From: a virus
Taxonomy: Duplodnaviria; Caudoviricetes
IMG/VR virus record: IMGVR_UViG_2706796350_000001
Coordinates: 1-64,000 of that record
Strand: one strand, 5' to 3'
DNA length: 64,000 nucleotides
A program made the translations under genes and the position numbers. The notes under the pieces were generated by a model, which made no database searches, was not told where the DNA came from, and worked only from the letters and a program-made list of their open reading frames with translations. Of the stretch, positions 27,801 to 35,753 are shown piece by piece; the first letter of the stretch is position 1, and each line of letters opens with the position of its first letter.

Positions 27801-28261
27801 ATGGCATCGTCGGAGTGCTGGACACGATCAACCCATTCAACTTTGCTGGTGGTCCGATCACCGCAGGTACAACTTCGTATGTCGGCGAGCTTGGCCCCGA
27901 GGCGTTCGTTACGCACACCGGCAAGGTGGAGATGATTGGTGAGCGCGGTATGGAGCTTCGTACCTTCAACCGCCCCGGCTACATCGTCCCGAACCACGTG
28001 CTCAACGGCGTTGCTGACTCTTCGGTTCCGAAGGGCGTGATGAACAAGCTCGCCAAGGCGAACGCACCGCAGCCGACGATGGGCACTCAGACCAGCGCAG
28101 CCGGTCACAGCCGCTTGTCCTCGAACGACTACATGAAGGGTCAGCAGGGAGGCGGCAACAACTACACGATCAATATCCACGGCAGCGGCAGCAACGAGAT
28201 TCGTACCGCCGTCGTGGCCGCAGTCCGAGACATCGAGCGCAGCAACAAGGAGCGTGACTGA
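24842..28261 (+). CDS. tape measure protein
   Basis: 1139 aa, Ala-rich helical sequence with W/F-periodic repeats; C-terminal AGGPI..G..VGELGPEAF motif. Confidence 0.93.
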   Translation: MPGSDDETIIVRAILRDELSDQANRVDESLTNLRSSMDETASSTDNLTDAERRNQQQSERTARQIASENRARDERGRFIRTETTEVNNNSSSLRRNTRERSASNKIAAKSTKSFGKLLGLFGQFAKVGTMLDAVVTAAPGVMALGAAGVAAGAGLSQLSGAALPLPALMLGVGQAMGVMKMATAGMGDAVKALSSGEFDKFAEATKDMSPAAIATAKSLGEMGQQFSEMKKEIQGKVFEGLSARFDTLGKNIMPAVKASFMGTAEGINTGVKALLDFTNSAQGLRQVKTILAGTSTISKDFAIGMGDAGRAAIGMLSATMPVAKQMSEQLRAGMNGLANSIQANQGKITAFAQRGYDLFRRIVGVLVDLGKGIFNIGKQSLGLAGFMGKGIEDMARKFEQWTSSVEGQNKIGQVFAQAKPVLEAVGRLIGVVATEFGKLATNAGNNQNLVNLIDKLAEMVPIMADIAQQAGGNFLPSLMKIADAVLRIVEGMDTMGPMAILMSAVAEPTAILADAFTALPGPIQQTIGYLVMFGLAVKTAAASALGQYILQTQFATAWTNYFKLALSSAMTRMKAFAAAKMATALTAIKTGFMAAATAVRAFSMSLLSFLFTNPIGWIILAVIALVAVFVILWKKCEGFRNVVKAIGQWFVDVWNNTLFPIIMKVWEWMKMAWDKVYAVVSTVVMAIVNWFRSNWDTIKAIAMGVFNALKLYVTIMFNIYKAIFLAIVAVVKFVFNLIKTIVTTAFNVIKAVVLFFAPVFIGAFKLFVSVVRLVFTVIKAIITVAFAVIKLIVLVVIYAIIQAWKGLVAVWRFIWSIVMAVVRPIWAAIKIGWTFLWNTIKTVFMAVWNAILAVIRFLAPIVQGVMNFVSMIFTTAWNIIKMVASVVFNAIAAVIRTIIGVVMTVGGAIRSGFSSAWNFVSGIVSSVVGTIRGIIDTISGVVTRVAGSVRSGFEGAFNAVKNVVGGVIDTIKGWIDSITSKINSMKDGIVGVLDTINPFNFAGGPITAGTTSYVGELGPEAFVTHTGKVEMIGERGMELRTFNRPGYIVPNHVLNGVADSSVPKGVMNKLAKANAPQPTMGTQTSAAGHSRLSSNDYMKGQQGGGNNYTINIHGSGSNEIRTAVVAAVRDIERSNKERD

Positions 28262-28263
28262 GT

Positions 28264-29061
28264 ATGCCGTCTGTACAGATCATCGTCCCCAAGTACGACT
28301 CCAAGTCGGGGCGTCCCAAGATGATTCTCATGGGATCGAACGGCGATATGTTCTCGGTCCCGTGGGCACCACGTTCGGTCCAGCACTCGAACCTCGGAGA
28401 AGAGGTAGTCGAAGTCGAGCGCGCCGGTCGGTATCCCGAACTCATGGTGAAGAATCCGCAACTTCACAAAATGTCCTTCGGCCTCACCCTTGGCAAGGAC
28501 ATCAACGTATCGATCGAGCCTGAGCTGAAGCGCCTGGAAGCCATCATCAAGGCCGGTGGATGGATTCAGATTCTCTACGGTCAGCGGGAAACCGGTTTGT
28601 GGAAAAACGTAGGGTTCTCGTACGAGTCTGTGGAACGCGAGCCGATCCAGAACCAGATCAGCCGTGCCACGGTCTCGCTGGACTTCACCGAGGTACCTGA
28701 TGCGCGAGTGACAGTTGCCAAGTTCTCAAACGACTTCAACTTCCGAGATGATGCGGTGACTGCGTCCATCTCTCAGTCCCTCGTCGAACTCGCCAAGACC
28801 ACCAGAGCCATTTCTACGGGGTCGAACACCAATACGGGCACAAGTACTAGCGGGCCTGCCAATAGCGGCACAGGGGGCAACACAGGGGCCGGAGGAAGCA
28901 CCACCACGACGCCGCCACACATCGTTCAGTCGGGGGAGACCCTGTTGTCGATCGCGCAGAAGTACTACGGCCAGTACGGCGAGCAGTTCTGGCGGCTCAT
29001 CGGTGACTACAACAAGGTCATCGGTTCACTCAACATCGGGCAGATTCTGAGAATCCCGTGA
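28264..29061 (+). CDS. LysM-domain baseplate / tube-initiator protein
   Basis: C-terminal HIVQSGETLLSIAQKYYG...W..I...N..IGQILRIP LysM motif. Confidence 0.85.
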   Translation: MPSVQIIVPKYDSKSGRPKMILMGSNGDMFSVPWAPRSVQHSNLGEEVVEVERAGRYPELMVKNPQLHKMSFGLTLGKDINVSIEPELKRLEAIIKAGGWIQILYGQRETGLWKNVGFSYESVEREPIQNQISRATVSLDFTEVPDARVTVAKFSNDFNFRDDAVTASISQSLVELAKTTRAISTGSNTNTGTSTSGPANSGTGGNTGAGGSTTTTPPHIVQSGETLLSIAQKYYGQYGEQFWRLIGDYNKVIGSLNIGQILRIP

Positions 29062-29516
29062 GCTATTCTACTATGGTACTTATGTCTAAGACTCGCGGTA
29101 AGCAAATTAAGCCAACCAAGTTGCAAGCAGTCATACAAGCCGGATTGCCAAAAGACGAATGCTGGCTCTACCCTGGTGCACTCGACAAAGATGGCTATGC
29201 CTACGCATATGACCAGACGACAGGCAAGAGCGGACGCGGTGCACGAATTGCCTATCGACTCACATTTGGTGATGTGCCAGACGACATGGTGGTAGATCAC
29301 GTGTCGGCTCGAAATTGTGTAAGCCGAGCTTGCGTAAACCCCTACCATCTTGAAGCTGTATCACAGGCCACGAATGTCCAGCGATCAAAGAGTTCAACGA
29401 AACGATCCTGCAAGCATGGGCATGTGTACACCAAAGCAAACACCTATTACACCAAAGAGGGATGGCGGCAGTGTCGCGTTTGTCAACGACGACGTAGTAA
29501 GCGTAGGGAGCCGTAA
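29058..29516 (+). CDS. free-standing HNH endonuclease
   Basis: CWLYPG..GY, VVDH..C...CVNPYHLEAVSQATN; C-terminal CKHGH...CRVC; visibly lower GC. Confidence 0.88.
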   Translation: MSYSTMVLMSKTRGKQIKPTKLQAVIQAGLPKDECWLYPGALDKDGYAYAYDQTTGKSGRGARIAYRLTFGDVPDDMVVDHVSARNCVSRACVNPYHLEAVSQATNVQRSKSSTKRSCKHGHVYTKANTYYTKEGWRQCRVCQRRRSKRREP

Positions 29517-29517
29517 C

Positions 29518-30879
29518 ATGGTCGGCTTTAGCCCGTTCTTCAACGAGTTGGTGATCGAGGGCGGTAAGCCGCTGGGTGCAACTACCGCTCAGATGTTGCT
29601 GTCTGCCAGCTACTCGTTTGGCATCGACAGTAACTCCGACATGACCTTCGAGATGCTTGACCCGAACTACGCCTACCTCACGTCGTTCTCTGGCGATCGT
29701 GGACCTATCGGCAAAGGGGCCAAGTATGACAACATCTCGTACACGGTCAGCGGGTTCAGTGCTACCGGAGGACCGGCAGGCAACGGTGCAGTCACATACA
29801 AACTGCAACCTCTTGCGATTGAGAAGCTGCGTAAGATCACCGGACCACTGAATCGCAAGAACATCAGCGCCTCCCAGTACGTCATCGACGCGGCCAAGCG
29901 ACAGAAACTCAACGTCGTCGCGCAACCGTCGTCCAAGAAACCGTCGATCGAGCGCGATACGAAAGACGGCCTCGGTAGCGGCGACGAGCGCAACGAATGG
30001 ACCACCATCCTCGGTTTGGCCGGGGAAGAAGGCTATATCGCGTACGAGTGCCTGAACACCCTGTACTTCGCGTCCCCTAAGTGGCTCTTCGAGAACCGCC
30101 CGAACGTGAACGTCTATTGGGCCGGTGCACTCAACACGATTGGTAGTTCGCGCAAGCATGCAATGCTCAAAGCACCTGACGTTGGGTTCGGTAGCCAGAA
30201 CACCGAAGACGAGATCGGCTTCAGTCTTCCGATCGAAGCGGCGGGAAGTATCCTCCCAGGCCACACGATCACCGTTCATGGTGTACCAAAGATCGCCAAG
30301 AAGCTCTTGGTTACAGAAGTCACGTATCCCGTTGCAGGGCAGGGAGACTTCACGGTCAAAGCCAAAATGCCATGGACGGTCGAGAAGTCCGAGCGTCGGA
30401 AGCCACAACCACCTATGGACATCGGCACGATCGGTGGAGGTGGACGCGGCGGTGTCGGTATGGGCGGTAGCGGTAAGGGAAAGAGGTTCTACGCTACTGA
30501 GATTTGCAATGCCGCAAAGGAACGCAACCTCGGTCGCGATGGTGCGCGTAACGGGATCGCTACGGCACTTGTCGAGACCAACCTAACGATGTATGCCAAC
30601 TACGCAGTTCCCGAATCTCTGAAGTACCCGCACGACGCGGTTGGTAGTGACCACGACTCCGTGGGACTGTTCCAGCAGCGACAGGCCGGTTGGGGAACAC
30701 TCGCTCAGCGCATGAATCCACGTGCCTCGGCTGGTCTGTTCTTCAACAAGATGATGACGTTCAACTGGCGAGCAATGGACCCTGGTGCCGCGTGCCAGCG
30801 AGTCCAGGTGTCCGCCTACCCCGGTCGGTATTCGCAGCGCATGGGCGAGGCGAATCAGTGGGTCGCACAGGTTTACTGA
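29518..30879 (+). CDS. baseplate hub-like protein 1 with C-terminal lysozyme/transglycosylase-like domain
   Basis: N-terminus paralogous to 30895..32241; IATALVETNL...DSVGLFQQR..WG...RMNP...CQRVQVSAYP. Confidence 0.75.
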   Translation: MVGFSPFFNELVIEGGKPLGATTAQMLLSASYSFGIDSNSDMTFEMLDPNYAYLTSFSGDRGPIGKGAKYDNISYTVSGFSATGGPAGNGAVTYKLQPLAIEKLRKITGPLNRKNISASQYVIDAAKRQKLNVVAQPSSKKPSIERDTKDGLGSGDERNEWTTILGLAGEEGYIAYECLNTLYFASPKWLFENRPNVNVYWAGALNTIGSSRKHAMLKAPDVGFGSQNTEDEIGFSLPIEAAGSILPGHTITVHGVPKIAKKLLVTEVTYPVAGQGDFTVKAKMPWTVEKSERRKPQPPMDIGTIGGGGRGGVGMGGSGKGKRFYATEICNAAKERNLGRDGARNGIATALVETNLTMYANYAVPESLKYPHDAVGSDHDSVGLFQQRQAGWGTLAQRMNPRASAGLFFNKMMTFNWRAMDPGAACQRVQVSAYPGRYSQRMGEANQWVAQVY

Positions 30880-30894
30880 TAAAGGGCAAATGAA

Positions 30895-32241
30895 ATGACT
30901 AACACCAATCTCTTCCAGCGTCTCACCGTCGAAGGTGGCGGTTACCGCAAGGACACAGAGCGCATGCTCTTGTCTGCCGATCTGTCGCTAACGACCGACC
31001 AGGCGTCCGAGATGAGCTTCGCCCTCAACGATCCGAACTGGGCGTTCATCGAGTCGTTCAAGGGTGATCGCGGTCCGATCGGCAAGAAAGCCATGTACGG
31101 CACCTCGATGCCGTTGTTCGTGTCCAGTTTCTCTCTCGACGGCGGTCCGTCCGGCTTGGGCGGCACCACTCTGAAGCTGCAACCAGGCGGTATCGGTCGC
31201 GCACGCAACATCAAGGGTGCACTCAACCGACAGAACATCAGTGCTACGCAATATGCGAAAGACGCCGCCGCTCACTGTGGCATGAAGTTCATCGGACAGG
31301 ACACCAAGAAACGACCATCGATCGCTCGTGACGTGGCAAGCAAGGAAGACAAGAACGCGGAAGCGAATGAGTGGACCACGCTGAAGCGACTTGCGGGTGA
31401 AGAGGGTTATCTGCTTTACGAATCCCTGAACACGTTGTACTTCGCCACCCCGCAGTGGCTCTTCGACAAGCAGCCGACCATTACCGTTGGCTGGGGCACC
31501 TCAGTCAGTAACGACATCTTCCGGCTGATGGATTTGCCAGACATCGAGATGTCGACTTCGCAAAAGACAGACGATACGATCTCGTTCACGCTGCCGATTG
31601 AAGCTGCGGGAAAGATCATGCCTGGTAATGGGATTCTCGTAAAGGGAATCTTCAAGGCCATGTCGGACAAGAAGATGCTCGTTACCGAAGTCAGCTATCC
31701 GCTGGCTGGTCTCGGTGATGTTCAGGTCAAGGCGCGGTACCCGTGGAAGGTCGAGAAACAGGAGGCCGGGTCGACAGGGGCTAAGAGGCCGGGTGGCGGT
31801 ACTGGTGCCGGTTCTGGTCTGGCAGGCAACACGGATGGCGAGCGGGCGTGCAACGCATGTCTGAAGTGGGTCGGTAAGGCTCCGTATGCGTGGGGTGGCG
31901 GCGGGTACAACGGTCCGACTCGGGGCATCCGCGATGGCGGATACGCCGATCAGATGGGCGATTACAACAAGGTTGGGTTCGACTGCTCTGGTCTGATGCA
32001 GTACGGCTGGTACCAAGGCTCCCGTGGTCGCGTGAAGCTACCGCGTGTTACGTACGCTCAGAAAAACGCTGGACCTCAGATTCCCGCAGGCAATGCGCGC
32101 CCAGGCGATCTGCTCTTGTCGAACGGTGATGGGCACGTGGGTATGTATATCGGCGGTGGGAAGATGGTGGAAGCTCAGATGTCAGGAACGATGGTCATGG
32201 TCTCTAAGATGAGAGCTTCATACGCAGTACGAATCACTTAG
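30895..32241 (+). CDS. baseplate hub-like protein 2 with C-terminal NlpC/P60 peptidase
   Basis: PYAWGGG, FDCSGLMQY, PGDLL, GHVGMY, MVEA. Confidence 0.85.
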   Translation: MTNTNLFQRLTVEGGGYRKDTERMLLSADLSLTTDQASEMSFALNDPNWAFIESFKGDRGPIGKKAMYGTSMPLFVSSFSLDGGPSGLGGTTLKLQPGGIGRARNIKGALNRQNISATQYAKDAAAHCGMKFIGQDTKKRPSIARDVASKEDKNAEANEWTTLKRLAGEEGYLLYESLNTLYFATPQWLFDKQPTITVGWGTSVSNDIFRLMDLPDIEMSTSQKTDDTISFTLPIEAAGKIMPGNGILVKGIFKAMSDKKMLVTEVSYPLAGLGDVQVKARYPWKVEKQEAGSTGAKRPGGGTGAGSGLAGNTDGERACNACLKWVGKAPYAWGGGGYNGPTRGIRDGGYADQMGDYNKVGFDCSGLMQYGWYQGSRGRVKLPRVTYAQKNAGPQIPAGNARPGDLLLSNGDGHVGMYIGGGKMVEAQMSGTMVMVSKMRASYAVRIT

Positions 32242-32253
32242 GAGAGTGGCGAA

Positions 32254-32694
32254 ATGGCAGGCGCGTTCTACGGCGGTGGTCACAGCACCAAGTCGGCCCT
32301 CGATGTCGCATTCTGGTGTCAGCAGAACGTGGCGACCTACTACAGCGAGGGTGACGTGTTCGTACCGCCGTCTGCGCCCGTCGTCGACATGACCCTCGCC
32401 TATCAGTCACTGGCATATGCCGTCGAACAGGCCGGAGCGTTCATCCCCACTGACTACTTCGACCTGATGGCCCTCCTACAGTCCACGAACTCGATCGTGG
32501 CCCCAGATGTCGCCGCAAGCACGCGGGGCGCTCTCCTGATCAACAAGGGGGTCGTTTGCCTGTCCCTCGGGGACCGCCGCCGGATCATCGTGGAAGAGAA
32601 CTACCGACTCGCTCAGAAGTACATGGACCCCGGTATCGACTTCCTCACCACGTTCGAGAACGGCGCACTCATTCCGGGGGTGGCGTACCTGTGA
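32254..32694 (+). CDS. hypothetical baseplate-region protein
   Basis: GGAGAG RBS; position in the operon. Confidence 0.65.
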   Translation: MAGAFYGGGHSTKSALDVAFWCQQNVATYYSEGDVFVPPSAPVVDMTLAYQSLAYAVEQAGAFIPTDYFDLMALLQSTNSIVAPDVAASTRGALLINKGVVCLSLGDRRRIIVEENYRLAQKYMDPGIDFLTTFENGALIPGVAYL

Positions 32695-33092
32695 GGACTT
32701 TCTTCGTCGCTACTGTCGTTGGCAAATCGGATAACGACTCTGGCTACATGGTGGAAGTGTTCACCGGAGGCCAGGTCGTGACGTATGGACCCATGCACTT
32801 CATCGCCGGTACCGACCGCATGTACGCATCGGAGTTCGACGGCGGCAACGCGGCCACGCTCCCACCGGCTCCATCGGACATCCGCAACCCCGTGGCTCCC
32901 GACCCATACAAGTCCGGCGACAAGGTTTTGATTGCCAATTACCTATACCGAGACCAATTCATCATCGTCGGGCGGTACGTGGACATGCACCCCGAACCGT
33001 ACGAGCTGATCCAAGTGGATACAGACGGGGACGGCGTTACTGACCTTATTGAACGCAGTTACGAAGACGAGATCGAGGAACCGACACCATGA
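32691..33092 (+). CDS. baseplate spike-like protein (candidate)
   Basis: GTG overlapping the previous stop; OB-like pattern (YKSGDKVLIA); synteny before gp25. Confidence 0.5.
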   Translation: MRTFFVATVVGKSDNDSGYMVEVFTGGQVVTYGPMHFIAGTDRMYASEFDGGNAATLPPAPSDIRNPVAPDPYKSGDKVLIANYLYRDQFIIVGRYVDMHPEPYELIQVDTDGDGVTDLIERSYEDEIEEPTP

Positions 33093-33412
33093 GCACGCAA
33101 CTACTTTCCTTCCCATTCCGCCTGGACAAGCAGGGATACGCCGTCACGAACGACGACGAGTCCGATGTCTATTGCGCCGAGCGACTGTCCGTTCTCTTGG
33201 GAACCAGGCCGGGTGAACGACAGATGGCACCAGCCTTCGGAGTCAACGATCCGGCGTTCGAGGGCTTCACCGCTTCGGCACTCTCCGTGCAGGTGGCCCA
33301 GTATGGTCTACCCGTAGAGATCACACGCATTCGCCGGTCTTACTTGAACGATGCACAGGAAAACGTGGTCGTCGAGTTCAACATGGCGCAGGGCGCGGTA
33401 AGGAGCAATTGA
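33089..33412 (+). CDS. baseplate wedge protein, gp25-like
   Basis: LSFPFRLD, LLGTRPGERQMAPAFG. Confidence 0.85.
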   Translation: MSTQLLSFPFRLDKQGYAVTNDDESDVYCAERLSVLLGTRPGERQMAPAFGVNDPAFEGFTASALSVQVAQYGLPVEITRIRRSYLNDAQENVVVEFNMAQGAVRSN

Positions 33413-33413
33413 T

Positions 33414-34571
33414 ATGACGACCGGTGGAAGCACGCCCGACCTCTCGCAGTATGTCGAACTGCGGCTGTACGACAAAGACCCCAACGACATCCTCCGTACC
33501 GCGATCACGGAGTTGCAATCCCGCATGCCGGGGTGGAACCCCCGCGAGGACAACACCGAAGTGATGCTTATGGAGGCACTGGCGGTGGCAGTCAGTGAAT
33601 CGGTGTATGCGATCAACCGACTCCCGAACGCGATCATGACCGCCCTGATGCGTCTGTACGGCATCGAGCGGGATGCAGGTGCGTTTGCCACCACCACAGT
33701 CGAGTTCCAGGTCGTCAATACGATGGGCTACACCATTCCGGCACGCACTCGTCTGTTGCTTCCGCCGGAACAGGGATACGGCAGCACGGTCTTCGAGACC
33801 ACTGCCGCTCTGACGATCCCATACGGCATGACCTCGGGAACGATCCCCGTGACGGCTACTGAGGTTACTGATGTCGTAAACGGTGTCCCGCCAGCCACTC
33901 GGTTTCAGGTGCTCGATCAGCTTCAGTACGTGAATGGTGTGGTCAACACAGAGATCGTGCTGGGTGGCCGCGTCCCCGAGAGTGACAAGGCGTGGTTCAA
34001 CCGTGGTGTGCAGCGATTCGGGCGTCTCACCGACACCCTGGTCACCCCGAACCACTTCGAGCTTGCGGCGCTGGAAGACCCGACCGTTCGGCGTGCTCGT
34101 GCCCTCGACAACTTCGATTCGACCCTCGGCACCGGAGTACCGGGCGATCATCCCGGCCACCTGACTCTCGCTCTGTACGGCGACGGCGGCATCATGCCTG
34201 CGGTAGAGAAACAAGCCGTCATCGACAGCTTCACGACCCGCAAGTTCGCGCCTCTGATCCTTCACACGGTCGATCCGGTGATCACCACCGTGAACGTGAA
34301 CGTGCGAGTAAAGCCGAATCGTGGATACCCGAACGAGCGCGTTGTAGATGCAGTGTCGACGGCGGTCCGCAACTGGCTCAACACAGACGTGTGGCCGTGG
34401 AAAGCGACGGTCTACTACAACGAGCTGATGGGCGTTGTTGCCGAACTTCCAGAAGTCGACTACGTGACGCAGTTGATCGAGCCAGCGAGCGATGTCTACC
34501 TGGCTGGTTCCGCTCCCCTCGCCAATCTCGGGACGATCAACGTATCGATCGCGAGTGAAGCCAATGTCTAA
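33414..34571 (+). CDS. baseplate J-like protein
   Basis: GGRVPESDKAW, VRRARALDN, PGHLTLALY, VVAELPEVDYV. Confidence 0.88.
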   Translation: MTTGGSTPDLSQYVELRLYDKDPNDILRTAITELQSRMPGWNPREDNTEVMLMEALAVAVSESVYAINRLPNAIMTALMRLYGIERDAGAFATTTVEFQVVNTMGYTIPARTRLLLPPEQGYGSTVFETTAALTIPYGMTSGTIPVTATEVTDVVNGVPPATRFQVLDQLQYVNGVVNTEIVLGGRVPESDKAWFNRGVQRFGRLTDTLVTPNHFELAALEDPTVRRARALDNFDSTLGTGVPGDHPGHLTLALYGDGGIMPAVEKQAVIDSFTTRKFAPLILHTVDPVITTVNVNVRVKPNRGYPNERVVDAVSTAVRNWLNTDVWPWKATVYYNELMGVVAELPEVDYVTQLIEPASDVYLAGSAPLANLGTINVSIASEANV

Positions 34572-35736
34572 CGAACCGATCTACAGCGTCACTACGGAGC
34601 GTATCTACGACAAGTTGCCGGACGTGTACCGGGAGACCGATGCACAGCAGGACTACGCGTTCAAGCGGTACATCTCATCGTTGGGTGACATCTTGGGTGA
34701 TGTCGACTTGCTCATCGAGCGATTTCGGTACCGTTCACAGATCGAGCTGGAATACCGAAAGCGTTACGCACAGCGGCATACCCGTTACGAGCATCCGAAC
34801 CGGATTGCCAACGCCCCGGTACTCGGGTCTACGTCTGATCTGGTCGACCCGCGTTCAGCCGACAAGGAATGGTTGATGTGGCTCGGTCAGCTTGTCGGCG
34901 TTCAGGTCGGAGTGAACGACACCGACTACGACACTCGCGACTCGATCTACTACGCGTCCGCCGGTTATCGTGCGGGGTCCAAAGACGCTCTCGAAAAAGC
35001 CGCTCGCAGTGTACTGAGTGGTTCTCGGTATGCGGTGGCGCTGCCGCACACCAAGGTCGTCAGCGGACAGCTCGTGCCGGGTACAGTCTGGGACTTGACG
35101 ATGCTCACTCGACAGGATGAATCCCCGTCGTCGTTCATCCTCTTGCAGGCGGTGAACAAGCCGAACTTGAAGCCTGCGGGTGTGCGCCTCTATCACCGCA
35201 CCTACACGGCGTCTTGGGATGCTCTGGAAGCGGCACTGCCCTACTGGAACGACTGGAACACCTCGACATGGGGCCAGATCGAAATGGCGGGTATCTCGTA
35301 CACCGGTATCGCAGGGAACGTCATCACCAACCCGTCGTTCGAGGAAAACATCGACGGATGGACCGCAAGCGGTGCCATCACTCTCACTCGAAGCGGTGGT
35401 GGTGTGGACGGCACCGGATACCTCCGTGGCGACATGTCCGGCACTGGTGCCAAGGCGATCACTTCGCCGACGTTTGCCATGACGGCTAACGAGGCGTGGG
35501 TGTACGGGTTCACATACCGATGCACTGTCCCGAGCCGCGTCGAACTCATGCTGGCCGACACCGTTGTGGTGACGACTCCACTTGATGCGACAGGCCCGAA
35601 CGAGTGGAAGCGACTCAACACGGGAATCATCCCGACAGATGCGGGAAATTACAAACTGAGAATCGCCAGCGATAATGGTGACGTGAACACGTCGATCAGT
35701 CTCGATGCGTTCCTCGTTCGCAAAGCAGCAAGCTAA
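34564..35736 (+). CDS. baseplate wedge (gpI-like) protein with C-terminal CBM-like domain
   Basis: LPDVYRETD, WLGQLVG, KPAGVRLYH; NVITNPSFEENIDGW pattern typical of CBM4/9-like domains. Confidence 0.75.
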   Translation: MSNEPIYSVTTERIYDKLPDVYRETDAQQDYAFKRYISSLGDILGDVDLLIERFRYRSQIELEYRKRYAQRHTRYEHPNRIANAPVLGSTSDLVDPRSADKEWLMWLGQLVGVQVGVNDTDYDTRDSIYYASAGYRAGSKDALEKAARSVLSGSRYAVALPHTKVVSGQLVPGTVWDLTMLTRQDESPSSFILLQAVNKPNLKPAGVRLYHRTYTASWDALEAALPYWNDWNTSTWGQIEMAGISYTGIAGNVITNPSFEENIDGWTASGAITLTRSGGGVDGTGYLRGDMSGTGAKAITSPTFAMTANEAWVYGFTYRCTVPSRVELMLADTVVVTTPLDATGPNEWKRLNTGIIPTDAGNYKLRIASDNGDVNTSISLDAFLVRKAAS

Positions 35737-35753
35737 CTAAGGGAGATTGAGAG

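Noticed and set aside
29350-29517. N-terminal extension of hub protein 1 as given in the ORF track
   Set aside because: It overlaps the HNH gene; alignment with the paralogue at 30895 supports the ATG at 29518.
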